Below the pieces are notes generated by a model, which worked only from the letters and a program-made list of their open reading frames with translations, was not told where the DNA came from and did not search any database. Shown piece after piece: positions 26,994 to 37,268 of a DNA stretch of 64,000 nt (positions are counted from its first letter, which is position 1; each line of letters starts with the position of its first letter). A program made the position numbers and the translations under genes. Origin of the DNA: Psilocybe cubensis (Eukaryota); the NCBI GenBank assembly GCA_017499595.2, contig CM039002.1, positions 1,178,001 through 1,242,000 of the forward strand, given 5' to 3'.

Positions 26994-28502
26994 ATGGTCC
27001 AACACCCCAAACCGAAATTAAAACCGAACAGGACAGACCCAGTGACTAATCATCAGCAGAAAGAGGAACACTTCGCCACGGAGGGATACGAAAGCAATGG
27101 TTCGGATGATGATAACGCTGAATGGGAGGACGAAGAGATCCACACCTCACAGTACCAGAAAACTCCACTTGTAGCATCAAAGAGCCCACGAACAGGTGGC
27201 GCCGTGAAGACGAGCCTCCGTAAACGCAAGAAAGCAATCCAAACTATCCGTTCTAACAAAGAAACAAACCTCCCATCTACCTCACCGTCACCCAAATCTG
27301 AACTCGATCAACAAGATGCTAAAGAAGAAAACACGTTCATTTCTTACAAAGATATGCAAAATGCAGCAAAAGTGGGCCTTTTCTCCACAGGAAAATACCT
27401 ATATGAGATCTCCGCAACTGTGTTTCGCCTCCTCCGCCCTCTATTTTCACTCCTTGTAGTCCTTCTGGTACTCTCTTTCATCATCGGACGTATCTCGAGC
27501 ACTCTTTATTCCACGTTCTATCCGATCTGCTATATCCCAGGCATCTCAAGTAGTCCTATCTGCCGTCCTTTGGAACCCGTTATCCCGACAGCCAAAAAGC
27601 AAGCTAAATGGCCAGACTTTCCGAAACTGGTCGAGGTTCAGAGTAAAACATTTGAACAGTTGCTAAGTGAGTCTATTGGAGGACCGGCGCTCTCGATGGA
27701 ACTGCAGAGTGCACAAATGGCTACGAAGGACTTGGCGGTCTTGGTGAAGCATAGCTCATTGTCAAGCAAGGACAAACTTGTGGGGATCTTGAAAGATATA
27801 GCTAGTGACGCCAAAGTCGCAGCAGACCAATTGGGAAGGTTGACTGCGAAAGTTGGGGGGTCTGTCGATAACATTATGGCGGCAAATGATTGGGCTTTAT
27901 CGCGAATTGAGGAGGCTAGAGCAAACGAGCCGTCTCCATGGTCTCTTCGTGGGACAGTTCCTTGGATGAAGCCAAAATACACTCTCCATGAGGTGATCAC
28001 AACAACCTTCGACGATGCCATGGACGTAATGTCTCGCCAAATGGAACGACTGATCACTGAAGCCGGGAGTAACCTCCAAAATCTAAACGTCCTCGAAGAA
28101 CGCTTGACAACTTTTTATGATGTCTATCACCGCGAGAACATTGAACAATCGGCTGCTAAAGAGGAGGTCCTTGCCGAGCTCTGGACAATTTTAGGAGGAA
28201 ATCGAGACAGAATACGAAATTTCAATGATAATCTGGAGTTGTTGAAAGGTTTGGCGACGTACAAAAAGGAGGCCATGGCGCATGTTGTCGCGACTTTGAT
28301 GGCATTGCGTGATATGAGGGATGAGATGGAAGATATGAGAGAGCGAGTCGCCGCTCCGCATCTACTTGGAGAAAACGTCCCAGTAGAAGTCCACATAAAG
28401 AGTATTAAATTAGGGCTCGAAAGGCTGAAAGTGGGAAGAATTGAAGCGAGGGAACAGGAGAAAATGAAATCCCACGAAGTGGCTTCGAAACGCGGTTTGT
28501 AG
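26994..28502 (+). CDS. Hypothetical single-pass membrane protein with long helical/coiled-coil C-terminus
   Basis: Intronless 502-aa ORF with a hydrophobic segment (PLFSLLVVLLVLSFIIG), a C-x8-C pair after it and a heptad-like helical tail. Confidence 0.8.
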   Translation: MVQHPKPKLKPNRTDPVTNHQQKEEHFATEGYESNGSDDDNAEWEDEEIHTSQYQKTPLVASKSPRTGGAVKTSLRKRKKAIQTIRSNKETNLPSTSPSPKSELDQQDAKEENTFISYKDMQNAAKVGLFSTGKYLYEISATVFRLLRPLFSLLVVLLVLSFIIGRISSTLYSTFYPICYIPGISSSPICRPLEPVIPTAKKQAKWPDFPKLVEVQSKTFEQLLSESIGGPALSMELQSAQMATKDLAVLVKHSSLSSKDKLVGILKDIASDAKVAADQLGRLTAKVGGSVDNIMAANDWALSRIEEARANEPSPWSLRGTVPWMKPKYTLHEVITTTFDDAMDVMSRQMERLITEAGSNLQNLNVLEERLTTFYDVYHRENIEQSAAKEEVLAELWTILGGNRDRIRNFNDNLELLKGLATYKKEAMAHVVATLMALRDMRDEMEDMRERVAAPHLLGENVPVEVHIKSIKLGLERLKVGRIEAREQEKMKSHEVASKRGL

Positions 28503-28644
28503 AATCGTATCTGGTTATTTAGACAGCCACTGTAGACTGGTTCTGTGTTGGCACAATCATTTATAACCTGCGATATGTTAGCTTAGAGCCTGAGAGGAAG
28601 TATACTTGTCACATACGTATTCCCTTCAGCCTTTACAAAAGATC

Positions 28645-29278
28645 TTATGAGACTTGAGTATCCTTAAACGCTTCAGGGGCACCGTCTCCAGGTTGTTGAG
28701 TTGAACCACTTGGTTTTTTCAATAGTTCATTCAAAATTTGTTCCACTTGCTTTTTGGCCTCGTCTCTTTCTTCCTGTACGACCTTCATCTCAGCGTCTCG
28801 GCGGTGGGCTATCTGCGCTTCATCCGAAAGAAGGAGAAGAAGTTTCATAGAGTGTGTAATGGATAACAACGAGTTTGCCGCGCGTATCTGCAAATATCAG
28901 TGAGTATTCTATCATTTCATATTCCTGCTGAGCGTTTTTTTATACCATTGATTCTGCGCGAGATTCCGTCTGAAACGACTCTTGCGCGATACGAAACTTA
29001 TCTTTGTCGCCAATCTTTCACTCTTGAATCAGCTAATAAGAAGGTGAAATGGAATATGAGCGACGTACTGAAGCTATTCCCACAAGATCCACCATACCGT
29101 CGACGAGGATGTCGACCTCCGCGTCGACTTTCTTATTCCATTCTTCCTCAATCGCGTCAAGATATTCAACGGAATTTTGTTCGACTAAAGCAGGTGGAAC
29201 GCCTCCGCGCTGCGAAAGATTTGCAGTGGGAAGAGCAGAGGGACGAGAAACATCTGTTTGGGGGATGGCGTCCGCCAT
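28645..29278 (-). CDS. MED22: Mediator subunit Med22 (Srb6/Surf5)-like
   Basis: Three exons. LVDGMVDLVGIAS...IRAANSLLSITHSMKLLLLLSDE resembles the Med22 core helices. Confidence 0.7.
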
Positions 29279-29594
29279 GTTCGTTGAATGATGAGTTCTG
29301 GTCCGTGAGTTATCGGTATCAGTCGCGTAATGCCTGTGAAAAAATCAAAATGTTAATGAGTCCTGTTTTAGGTCGATCATTGAGCCTTTATTGATCAAGC
29401 TTCCTGCTTGAGGTTTCTTCATTGCTTCACACTCTGACTTCGGCTTCTCATCGACTGCATCATAGCAACTAAACTATTGGTTGGGATAAAATTTTGTATA
29501 TAATATAAATAATAGATGAATGAGGCAATACATTTAATTGAAATCCATGTGGGTCAGCGAATTTGTGATCGGTGGTAATCCATGTCGTTGTAGC

Positions 29595-31295
29595 TCATTT
29601 AGCTTTTGGATATTTCTGACTGCATACCTTCTTGTGAATGGATTTCCAATGACTCTGAAAACAACAAGTTAACGTCAACGGAAGCACGCTGGGAGATGAA
29701 TTGCACCGACCTTTTGATGTTCACGAGAACAATACCTGAGATAAAAAATCAATTTGGTGATACAAAAAATGCGCATATATTCCATACATCACTTGCTGGC
29801 AACCAGCGCAAGCCTTTAGCTGCACCTCGGAGGATGCGGGCTTTCCGCAAAAGCCACATACAGCTTCCTTGCGGGCGTCTCTCTTCGTGGAGACAGTCTC
29901 ATTCCAAAATCCATAATTTTCCATGTCGTGCGAATTGACAATTGTCTGACCTTTCTTCAGATGTTGTTGATCCATTTGGTTGATAATGTGCTCAGCGCCT
30001 GGCATGATAGGCATATGGAACTTCTTAGCTCCAGAACGAACAGAGGTTGTGCTGCTCAAAGCTTCTGCGACTCTTGCCTTTGCAGCATCGAGGTCAAAGA
30101 CCGCAGGGTCGACCAATGAGGGTGGCTTTCCAAATGAATTGTAGTTGGGAGTGGCAAGGATCTCCCTTTTCATTTCTGCTCTGACAGATATTCAGTTTTG
30201 CGTCAGTCAGTTAAAAGGATGGACCTTACTGTCTGCTATACGACGCAGAGTCGAATTCATCCAGAAAGTCAGCATACTGTAAATTTCCATGCAAATTTTC
30301 TGGACCAAGCATTTAGAGTAATGTCACACTTATTGATTAAACAGTACACCATACCTCCTGGGCACATTCCTTTACCTTCAATCACTTCTACAGATCCAGA
30401 AGATTCTTCTTGAGGTATAATTTTGACAATCTAAGTCGGATTAATTTAATTGTCGTTAGGCCATACAAAATTGTCTGTGCACCTCAATTCTGTGATACCA
30501 TTTATCGCCGTAGTCATAGAGGTAGCCTATTTGATCGCCTGCTTTTCCAAATAGGTGTGCAAGCTTGTACCTGGGAAATATGTGAAGACATTGCGACAAA
30601 GAAATCAAAATACAAAATAGTGACTCACATATTGTCGGACAAGTATTTGTAACCAACCTATGAAAATGCATATAAGTAGCTATTTTGGCAAGTGATGAAG
30701 TATATAATACTTGAGCTATGTGGACTTGATCGATTGAACCCGAGCCCTGGTATTTCGATGTAAAAAAAGCATGGCATTGAAAGCGATCTCGACACGAAAC
30801 ACACCTCTGGACCAAACATTGCCCCATCTCTGAAGTCCGTCAACGTATAGGAATGGAAATTTCTAACCCTGTGCCAATTACGGATATTACTTCGAGAATG
30901 ACAGAAAAGATTACATACCACCCCATGACTGGCGCGATGACTTTGTCCTGAAAGACGCTGAGGCTTATCCCAGCCGAAACCTTGAATAGACGCCACACAC
31001 GATGCTCCCCGTTTCGATCAATCAAACCTCTAGGTTGAAGAAATCAGTGGTTGATGCAGCAGAGCAACCTTAAGCGGAAACTTGGACTTACGGGAGGTAT
31101 ATACGACAAAGGACATCACATCTGTCAAGTCCCTTGAGATCCAGACTTTCCAATTGTTTCTTCTGTTTGTTGTATGAAGCGCAGCTTTTGAATTTGCAAA
31201 AGTAGAAGATAACATACCTTTCTTTCAAGGAGAATGTCCATGAATTGATTTTCAGGGCTTTTGTTATCCCCCCAGTAAAATGTCTGATAAGTCAT
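29595..31295 (-). CDS. pRiA4b ORF3-like (MM3350-like) domain protein with C-terminal zf-MYND
   Basis: Spliced reading MTYQTFYWGD...VWRLFKVSAGISLSVFQDKVIAPVMGW..HSYTLTD...YLYDYGDKWYHRIEV...EGKGMCPG, then CGFCGK...LKACAGCQQVMYC...HWKSIHKKVC. Stop TGA at 29597-29595. Confidence 0.8.
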
Positions 31296-32301
31296 CTATG
31301 CGCGCGACGCACGGTGCGTCAAACCAACTTTTGTAAATAGTAAATTATTATTGCTGACCTGACGCATTGCTGCCTGCATTCCGTCGACTGGTAAGCCAGA
31401 ATCAGTCACCAACTTTGAATGAAGCGCTAGGGAACTGGATACAAAACTCACAATCTGGCCAATTATTCTCCTCAGCCGATCCTTTCAAGTCAAGGTCATC
31501 TACAGAAGTATACTGCAGTGTTGGTTTTTAGAGGTATAAGCTTGCTTGAGGACAGACACCTATTTCATTTACTTACGGGGTATAAACCCCATGCATGAAT
31601 GTGGCCCATCGGTCCTGGCTTTGGAGAAAAAGTACGCGGGTCTATGTTTGATACATGTAGTTATTTTCTCAAAGTAAAGGTGATTTCACACACCTTCAAA
31701 AAAGACATCTGGAAGGTACTCCCCTTCGTCTCCAGGCGCAAAAGTGACATATTTTGGTCGACGACTTGAAGCATTATTCTCAGACTGTCGACCAGTGGGA
31801 GCCATCAACCCCATTGAGCGAAACATTGCTGATATATCAAAGCTCATGATTTATAGACGCCAAACACGAGCGCTAGTGACGATGAAGCTAGAGAAACGAT
31901 AGTAAAACGTTGACGAAAGGCACGGCTGCAAAACTGAGCCAAGCCGAACAAAGGCTCCCCAAAACTGCCCAGATCAATACATGATCGGATTATCTAACAT
32001 GAAGAAGTTAATAGGCATACATAGGGGCGTTGGTAGTTACTATGGTGTATTTCAGTATTCACTACATTTTTATAGAAAGTTGGAACTTATTACGCGTTTA
32101 TTGTGTATTCTTCGCGTGAAGTCGCGTCGAGACTCGAGGATAGGGTTGTGATATGGACGATGAATGAAGTGAACCCTTGTCACAGTCACAGAGGCTCGCC
32201 CCTATTTAAACTGATCGTTTGGAAATCTTCTCCAACCCTTCATTTCTTCCACCAACCACCACCACGACCATAACCAAGTGCTTAATACACGAACCTACAT
32301 T

Positions 32302-32671
32302 ATGTCTGGAAAAGGATATACCTACACTGGTAGTGGCACCAACAGCCAGGTACGTATCTTTGACAGTTTTGTCGCCTCGCCGGCTTTACCATCGACTAAC
32401 AAAGGGTCGTCATTTTTTTCAAAGGGAAATCATTACTGCAGCCGTCAGGGAAACGATGGAGGCAGCGGATATCACTACTCGAACACGTATGTGCGCATTC
32501 TCGAGACCTCTGAGCTTTTTTTGACCATCACTTGTGAAACTACATTATATTAGTAATGGTAGCTACTACTACGCGAACACCAACGGGTCTACCTACTATA
32601 ACAGTGGTAAAGGCAGCTCCACCTATACCTCTCCTAGTGGATACACGGTTTCCAAGTCTTCCGGAAAGTAA
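32302..32671 (+). CDS. Small (75 aa) G/S/Y/N-rich uncharacterised fungal protein
   Basis: Exons 32302-32349, 32425-32486, 32554-32671 give MSGKGYTYTGSGTNSQGNHYCSRQGNDGGSGYHYSNTNGSYYYANTNGSTYYNSGKGSSTYTSPSGYTVSKSSGK. Supported by the paralogue next door with identical exon 1 and 2 lengths. Confidence 0.85.
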
Positions 32672-33133
32672 ATATATGCAGGTAAGGTTCATATGTTAGA
32701 GCTGCAAAATCAATCACTCACAAAATACATCTTAATTGAATTGGCATAGTATAGCAGTTTTGTTCTCGAGCTACGGGACAGACATTGAGACAATTGTGAA
32801 AGCATAGGCAAATGGAAATTAATTCTGAATAATCATGTACTTTGAATAATCCACAACGAAATGTGAATGACCTTTTGTGTACTTTTTGCCATGAATTGAC
32901 AGATGTCCCTGATCGCCCGTTTTATCGTGTTTACATGGACAGGTGACCCACAATTTGCCGTACGCAAACTACACCATGTCAACCAGTTTGCTCATATTTA
33001 TGACAGGAACGGACCATGTGTACCGCTAACTATCGCTATATAAACAAGGAGATTCAGCTTTCTACTCAGCCAACATCATTGCTGCTCTGCCTATCAACTT
33101 CACAATGCCTGGAGACGATTTTGTTTACACTGG

Positions 33134-33392
33134 TGTGACGGGGCGCGTTATTCACACGGGTCCCGGCACACTGTCGAAGCTCAAATGACTGGATAAAGTG
33201 GTCTATTCAAGCTCCGTCCTTCTACCTACTCTACCTACTGCTTATATACCTTACTGTAGTACATACGTCATAGATAGAATAATGAGAGAAATATCAAATA
33301 CGAAACTTGTGGAAAGCGATAGAAAACTGTGTCGCTCCGGCACGTCCATGCCGGATATGCTCGGCATTCCCTATTAGGATGCCGCCGTCACA
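33134..33392 (-). repeat. 3' LTR (259 bp)
   Basis: Identical by eye to 35712-35970. TG...CA termini with an 8-bp terminal inverted repeat; TATATAA on the minus strand. Confidence 0.95.
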
Positions 33393-35544
33393 TACGCCCT
33401 CCAGGCATTCCAAAGGAATGACTTATGTCGCCGCTTTCATGGGTGAACTCGATAGGGCAAGATTTCTGACACTCGATACCTTGTTTAACCAAAGAATCTG
33501 CATCAAAAAGGGATGTAGCAATTTTCTCCGGCTCGAGGTCAACATCTTCATCCTGAAGTTGGGCTGTCACGGTTTGTGCAAGTTGTGTCCACCCGCCCTC
33601 CAAATCTTCGGATACGAGGATTTGATTAACGTGTAATTCGCTCAGTTCAACATTAGTTCCTTGTGAGGCCGTAGTATCAATAGCAGAGTGGTCACTGTAA
33701 CTGTAAATATCTGTGTTCAACCCTGTGTCTGCAATGTCACACATAGCCACTTCAACTTCCATGAAATATGATCCCAAACCACTGGCAGTCTGGTCTGTTG
33801 CTCCATGGTGCTCATTCTCGCTATTACTATCGAGCTCACGGTCACGGTTGCTTACACTCGGTGACTCGTTATATGTAGACGAGATGTTTCGGCGAACATT
33901 CCTGCAGTGACGTCCGATATGCCCAGTTTTCCCGCATCTGTAGCATTTAATTTGGGCATTTCGGACATATCCGCTAGCTTTCACATTTGAATCCTGAGGT
34001 AAAGCTAACACCTTGTCTTCCTTGTCTTGATCTGAGTCATCATCTGTTCCCCCCGATGAAAGTTGACCATGATCACTGTCACTCGGCTCGTCGTCATTAT
34101 TTACACCATAGTTGTTATCATGTGTCTTGTAGTCATATTTACCAGAAACATAGTATTGCTTATTGTATTTTATATATTGTCGTTGATTTCTTTCAATTTC
34201 ATGCGCAACTTCATAGCGAGTAGCAATTCTAATGACTTCATCCCATGTATTTTGCTCGTAGTCGAGTCCTTCCTTCCAAAGGGCGGATTGTAATTCAGGT
34301 TTCAATCCGTTCCACAAACGATCTACGCGTTGCGAAGGAGTAGACTTTCCCACAATGCGGAATAAAATCAATAATTCGGCAGCATACTCAGCCACAGTCA
34401 TTGATCCTTGAGAAAACTTCTCGAGTTTCTTTCTTTGTTTCAGTCTGTAATCGGGTGGGAAGCAATAATTATAAAGTTCAGTAAAGAATCGTTGCCTGTC
34501 CCAGGAGTCTACACTTATGGACACCATTGTAGAGTAGAATTTGTATGCTTTTCCGGCGAGGTAATCAGCACATTTCACTACTTGATCCTGGGGAGGTAAT
34601 GCAGCCTCTTTACAAAATCTGTCACACTGAGTAATGTATTTGTAAAATTTCATAAAGTCTGCATCGCCATGATACTTATCCGGGGCTGTAGGCGGTAACG
34701 GTTTGAATCTCGCGGGATTTATTATGTGTCCCTCGGTGTCCAACGGTCCCAGTGCTCGGGCGCTTAACTCGGCATGCTCCTTGCCGCTATTACCTTTCGG
34801 GTTGGCCAGAAGCTGTCCGAGTAAACTTTCCGCGGGTAACTGGTTGCTAGGCTTAATAGCCTCTGTCCGTCTAGCCTGCGTTTGTTGACGCGCCGCTTGC
34901 GTGATAAGATCTTCGACATCATGAGACATGGGAGTGGTGGATATACCACGTCTCTCAGTTTTCGGTTGAACTTCAATGGATTGATATCGTCTCGTATATG
35001 CCTTCTTCATTTCAGTGAGTTTCCTTTCCATTTCCTGAATTTGTAAGTAATCATTATCAATTGCAATTTCCTGCGATTCTTCGCGACCGTGACTGTTATC
35101 GGAGTCCTCTGGTGCACGGGAAACCTCAAAAATGCTACCATTCATATTAATGGCATTCTCAATTCTACTTAACCTATCCATCAAGGATGTAATGAGTTCC
35201 TTAGTTTCAGTAACAACAGTCTGTGCATCATTCACAGAGCTTCTATAGACACTATTAATCTCAGTGTCTACCATATACCTATTAAAACTATTCAAGCTTA
35301 AGCTTCTACGAGCGCGCCTGGCTGCAGCGGCTGCGCTCCCGGTGTTGTTTGGATTATTCCCGCGGTGGTCATCCCGACCACGCGCGCCGCCTTCCTCCAT
35401 TCCGGTAGGCAAGGCTTCCTGCTTGGGGTCGTCACCTCTCGAAGCAGGGGGATCCCGGTCAGACCCCGTGGTTGGCACGTCCCTGGCGGCCGTATGACCC
35501 CTCGGTGCTCGACCACTCCTCAACGTGGCTCCTCTAGTAGCCAT
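33388..35544 (-). CDS. gag: Gag polyprotein (718 aa from first ATG)
   Basis: Capsid/retrotransposon-gag-like PDKYHGDAD...YLAGKAYKFY...FSQGSMTVAEY...LWNGLKPELQ and a CCHC knuckle CYRCGKTGHIGRHC. No RT (YxDD), RNase H or integrase. The stop falls within the first 5 nt of the 3' LTR. Confidence 0.9.
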   Translation of the reverse strand: MATRGATLRSGRAPRGHTAARDVPTTGSDRDPPASRGDDPKQEALPTGMEEGGARGRDDHRGNNPNNTGSAAAAARRARRSLSLNSFNRYMVDTEINSVYRSSVNDAQTVVTETKELITSLMDRLSRIENAINMNGSIFEVSRAPEDSDNSHGREESQEIAIDNDYLQIQEMERKLTEMKKAYTRRYQSIEVQPKTERRGISTTPMSHDVEDLITQAARQQTQARRTEAIKPSNQLPAESLLGQLLANPKGNSGKEHAELSARALGPLDTEGHIINPARFKPLPPTAPDKYHGDADFMKFYKYITQCDRFCKEAALPPQDQVVKCADYLAGKAYKFYSTMVSISVDSWDRQRFFTELYNYCFPPDYRLKQRKKLEKFSQGSMTVAEYAAELLILFRIVGKSTPSQRVDRLWNGLKPELQSALWKEGLDYEQNTWDEVIRIATRYEVAHEIERNQRQYIKYNKQYYVSGKYDYKTHDNNYGVNNDDEPSDSDHGQLSSGGTDDDSDQDKEDKVLALPQDSNVKASGYVRNAQIKCYRCGKTGHIGRHCRNVRRNISSTYNESPSVSNRDRELDSNSENEHHGATDQTASGLGSYFMEVEVAMCDIADTGLNTDIYSYSDHSAIDTTASQGTNVELSELHVNQILVSEDLEGGWTQLAQTVTAQLQDEDVDLEPEKIATSLFDADSLVKQGIECQKSCPIEFTHESGDISHSFGMPGGRM

Positions 35545-35711
35545 GGTCTGAACTAATAGCAAAGTTAATACACAAAGAAAGTCCGTCACGACGTACCTGG
35601 TATCCTCGGGTGATCAAGCCGAGGGGGAACGCAATGGTAGATGTCGGCGACGGCGAACGCGAGTTAGAGAGAGTAGAGTAGTGCGATGAGAATAGACGAG
35701 AGTCAAAAATA

Positions 35712-35970
35712 TGTGACGGGGCGCGTTATTCACACGGGTCCCGGCACACTGTCGAAGCTCAAATGACTGGATAAAGTGGTCTATTCAAGCTCCGTCCTTC
35801 TACCTACTCTACCTACTGCTTATATACCTTACTGTAGTACATACGTCATAGATAGAATAATGAGAGAAATATCAAATACGAAACTTGTGGAAAGCGATAG
35901 AAAACTGTGTCGCTCCGGCACGTCCATGCCGGATATGCTCGGCATTCCCTATTAGGATGCCGCCGTCACA
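35712..35970 (-). repeat. 5' LTR (259 bp)
   Basis: Direct repeat of 33134-33392, located upstream of gag on the minus strand. Confidence 0.95.
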
Positions 35971-36899
35971 ACTGGATCTGGTACCAATAATCAGGTATGA
36001 TTCTTTATCTATTCATCTATCGAAGGCACTGGCCTGCATTGGCTTCAGGGCAATCATTGGTGCAGCCGTCAAGGAACTGACGGCGGAAGTGGGTATCATT
36101 ATTCCAACAAGTATGTTCACTACAATGCATTGCTATTTTATTCTCTAAAAATTGGGGTTTACACAGGGATGGAAGCTACTACTACAAAAATACAAACGGT
36201 TCTACTTATTATAACGATGGGAACGGCAACTACAAGTACACATCTCCAAGCGGAGATGTCAAGACCTCCTCCTCCACTACTACCAACAAGTAATCAGAAA
36301 GAACTCAGTGTTATCTAGCACAGATAGTATTGGGAAGATTGGGTACGATGTGAGCTGTCAGTGAATCCAATGTTTTTAGTTCAATTGGATATCATACCTG
36401 CGCGTGCTCTTCGCCTATCTCTTCTCAAATAAAGTGCTTTTGTAAGCTACGCTGAAAGATTATGTTATCTTCCAGGAATAGTATTGAATATGAATGACTC
36501 GAAACTCTTTTCGATTGTTAGGTTTAATTAATATCGAATTAAGCTTCCCAAGTACTTGAAAGATCAGGCGGATGTATCTGAGATATATCTTAACTCGCTT
36601 AAACATGGTATATATTCACTGAGGTATAATTGAATCCTCATTAACGAATTGAAAGAGATTGAAAGCTAATGAAAGTCGATTGGGAAGTTGAGGAAGCAAG
36701 GCAACGCCAAATCAAGATTGTCGTGGCTCCATCTCCATTTGTCCAAGTCCTCGGAAGAATTGGGCGTCTGTGCCGTGGCGTACCACCACGTGATGTGAGT
36801 ATCACTCGAGGTCACAGGCGTGACTTGAACCCCACTCCGCCAACTTGCAAATTGCCATAGGGCAATAGACCACCATTTAATACCACATTTCGATTCGAC

Positions 36900-37268
36900 A
36901 TGGCCACACCCGTCATCCTTGGAGTTAGCGCCATTGCAGCTGCAGTGCTAGGGCGTTCTATTGTCAAGAAAGGACTATTTGTGGGGAAAGGAGCTGCTGA
37001 ACAATGGGTAAAAGGTGGCTTCAGAGCAAAAATGGACCGTAAAGAAGCTATTGCAATCTTGGGTTTGAAGTGAGTATTAAATTACGGAAAGTTCGTCGTG
37101 GCTGACCTCTACTACAGGGATGGCCCCAAATTACGCTCCCAACTGAAAGATGCGCACCGCCATATCATGCTTGCAAACCATCCCGATCGTGGAGGTTCAC
37201 CGTACCTCGCCAGTAAAATCAACGAGGCAAAAGATTTGCTAGATAAAACGGACGGAAGGGGTCGGTAA
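36900..37268 (+). CDS. PAM18: Mitochondrial import motor J-protein Pam18/Tim14
   Basis: Missed by the ORF track. Exons 36900-37069 and 37118-37268 give ...[61 protein letters not shown]. Confidence 0.95.

Larger units (their letters stand above)
33134..35970 (-). mobile_element. Non-autonomous gag-only LTR retrotransposon (Ty3/gypsy-like gag)
   Basis: Two 259-bp direct repeats with TGTGACGG...CCGTCACA ends, a 5-bp TSD ACTGG (33129-33133 / 35971-35975), a single internal gag ORF and a purine-rich GGAGGGCGTA just before the 3' LTR. Confidence 0.95.
33105..36293 (+). pseudogene. Second copy of the small G/S/Y/N-rich gene, disrupted in exon 1 by the LTR element
   Basis: Removing 33134-35975 restores MPGDDFVYTGSGTNNQ|GNHWCSRQGTDGGSGYHYSNK|DGSYYYKNTNGSTYYNDGNGNYKYTSPSGDVKTSSSTTTNK (exons 48/62/127 nt) with no other lesion. 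Confidence 0.88.

Noticed and set aside
29595-31295. Bacterial contamination or recent HGT
   Set aside because: The gene has many typical fungal introns and host-like composition.
33307-36148. Two + strand ORFs starting MWKAIENC (33307, 35885)
   Set aside because: Both are incidental readings of the duplicated LTR.
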